Source of the DNA: Octopus vulgaris
Taxonomy: Eukaryota
Reading direction: 5' to 3'
Assembly (NCBI GenBank): GCA_951406725.2
Contig: OX597816.1
Span: forward strand, 149,916,001-149,980,000
Length of the DNA stretch: 64,000 bases
Made by a program: the position numbers and the translations under genes. Shown one piece after another: positions 1-64,000 of this stretch. Under the pieces are notes generated by a model. The model did no database searches and was not told the DNA's origin. It worked only from the letters and a program-made list of their open reading frames with translations. Every line of letters starts with the position of its first letter. The first letter of the stretch is position 1.

Positions 1-528
1 TGAGGTCTCCTTTTGTGTTTGTATGAGTGGGTGAATGATAAGATGTGTGTGCGTTGTTGGCAGCAATATTACAGGTAAATAATACTGATGTAATTGCAAT
101 GTATTTTATCAGGTGTATCATTTTACCTGTAGTTTAAAAAAAAAGACAACTGGGTGGGATTTTGGGTTTTATTATACAATATTATCTCACTGTATATATT
201 GACACTGATCAACACATGATTACATTTAACCCTAGTTCTTGATGGGTACTAGATTTTTGTCAACCCCAGAAGGACAAAAGGCAAAACTGATCTTGTAGGA
301 GTTGAATTTAGAACATAAGAGCAGGAACAAACACTGTAAGGTCTGCTGACCTAACAATTCTGCTAACTCATCACCTTGGTTCTACAAAAAATAAACCATC
401 TTTATGGACTTCTTGTTGACAATTCTTATTCATTAGATTTTGGCTGCTGAAACTTTTCGCAATAATACAGAACATTTTCAGTTTCTTATGTGAATGACAT
501 TCTGTACTTTATAAGCATTTTGCATCTA

Positions 529-62608
<62,080 letters not shown>

Positions 62609-64000
62609 CTGTAGAAAAAGAAACAAAGACATTTAAAATTTTAAAAAATTACAAGAAGAAAAATACATTCAAATAAAAGAAAAAGAAAATATGAATAAAA
62701 TTCATGTTACCAGGACATCATTACTTATCATTACTATTTAGTGTGTCTTTGTAGTGTCTTTGTCTATACAAGTGGTTGTATATTTTAATTGTTAAGTTGA
62801 TACTAGCACATTTAATATAGCGAGGCAAGACATTTTAATAAATTAAAATCATACACATTAATTAATAATTAATTCTGGTTGAGAAAGGCAGGGAAGACAA
62901 TTCACAAAAATAAATTAAAGTTAAAAATAGATTATGGGTATGAATTTGGGAGAGGGATGATATTCGGTAATATAGTGACAACTAAAGATGTGTTTCACTT
63001 TTTTTAACCCTCTTCATCAAAGAATAGTCATACCATTATTACCAGATTAAAACAAACTAAATTATCAATATATTTTTTTATTGACTAAATACTGATAGGT
63101 CTTGTTGGTTATCTCTGTTCCAGCAGATTCTACATATAGCATTAAGGTAACTGATCAAATATTTGCTATTTCAATCTGCTCTTATATTACATTTTACTAT
63201 TATGCAAAAACTGTTGTTGTTTAGCCACAGATAAGCCCCAACCAAGAAGATCTATGATCAGAGGCATTCATGCTGTGAACAATCTGCAATTTCTTCAAAC
63301 ATAGTGTTTATAAGACTATACTATCCAATGTGTTATTCCATATTTTTTGTGATTTGAGAGAGATTTGGCTGCTATTCTAAAGGTCAAGCAACCTTGTAGA
63401 AGCTTCTCTTGTGACTCTTCATATAACAGTCATGGTGTATAATCAGGGTATGTTGTGTCATTTCTGCTACAGCTTGTGCATATAACAAGCCAGATGTAAT
63501 TTATTCAGACAGGAGAAAATACAAAAACACATCGCAAAATATTAAAAAAAAATTTTTTTTAACTCATATTGATACCAAGTATAAAAATATAGAAATGATA
63601 CATAATTGGATAATTAGTAAGAACTTTTCTTGGTTGATTAAAACTTTCAAGTCTTTTCAGATTCTGGGGATATTTGACTAGGGAAATCTATCAAATGGTA
63701 ATAAATCTATTTGGCTGTTGTTGTTTGGCTAGCCACACTGACTGTGTAGACCTATTATCAAAAACATTCAAATTATGGGCATCTTTTCTTTTTAGATATA
63801 GTTTATCTCAGACCACACTATCAATATAACCTTTTTTTTTGTATAGACAGAGGGATGTAATTTCAGAGACATTTGGGTGTCATTTCAAGTAGATCAAGAG
63901 ATACTCAGTAACTCTCTCATTGAGTCATTTCAATAGTGAAGTGACCTGTAAGCAGGGGCAGACTGAGAGTATTAAGGGCCCTTGGGCATAGCTGTTTACT

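Overview
AT-rich, microsatellite- and SINE-laden animal DNA. The SINE/LINE types and gene sequence suggest a coleoid cephalopod such as Octopus (inference). The whole window lies inside one minus-strand gene, an L-type (Cav1) voltage-gated calcium channel alpha-1 subunit. Seven constitutive GT-AG exons (62525-62608, 9425-9547, 6013-6078, 4897-4988, 3094-3247, 2014-2141, 574-670) splice in frame to give IVS3, IVS4, IVS5, the domain IV pore loop, IVS6 and the EF-hand region. The IVS3-to-IVS4 intron is about 53 kb, versus 1-3.5 kb for the other introns. It contains a well-supported 48-nt phase-0 cassette exon and several frame-preserving 6-33 nt microexon candidates for the IVS3-S4 voltage-sensor linker. 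The intron also holds type-I hammerhead-ribozyme motifs, long foldback hairpins, a young 5'-truncated CR1-type LINE, mariner/maT/hAT/piggyBac remnants and many SINEs. Nearly all ORFs in the supplied track are microsatellite or repeat artefacts.
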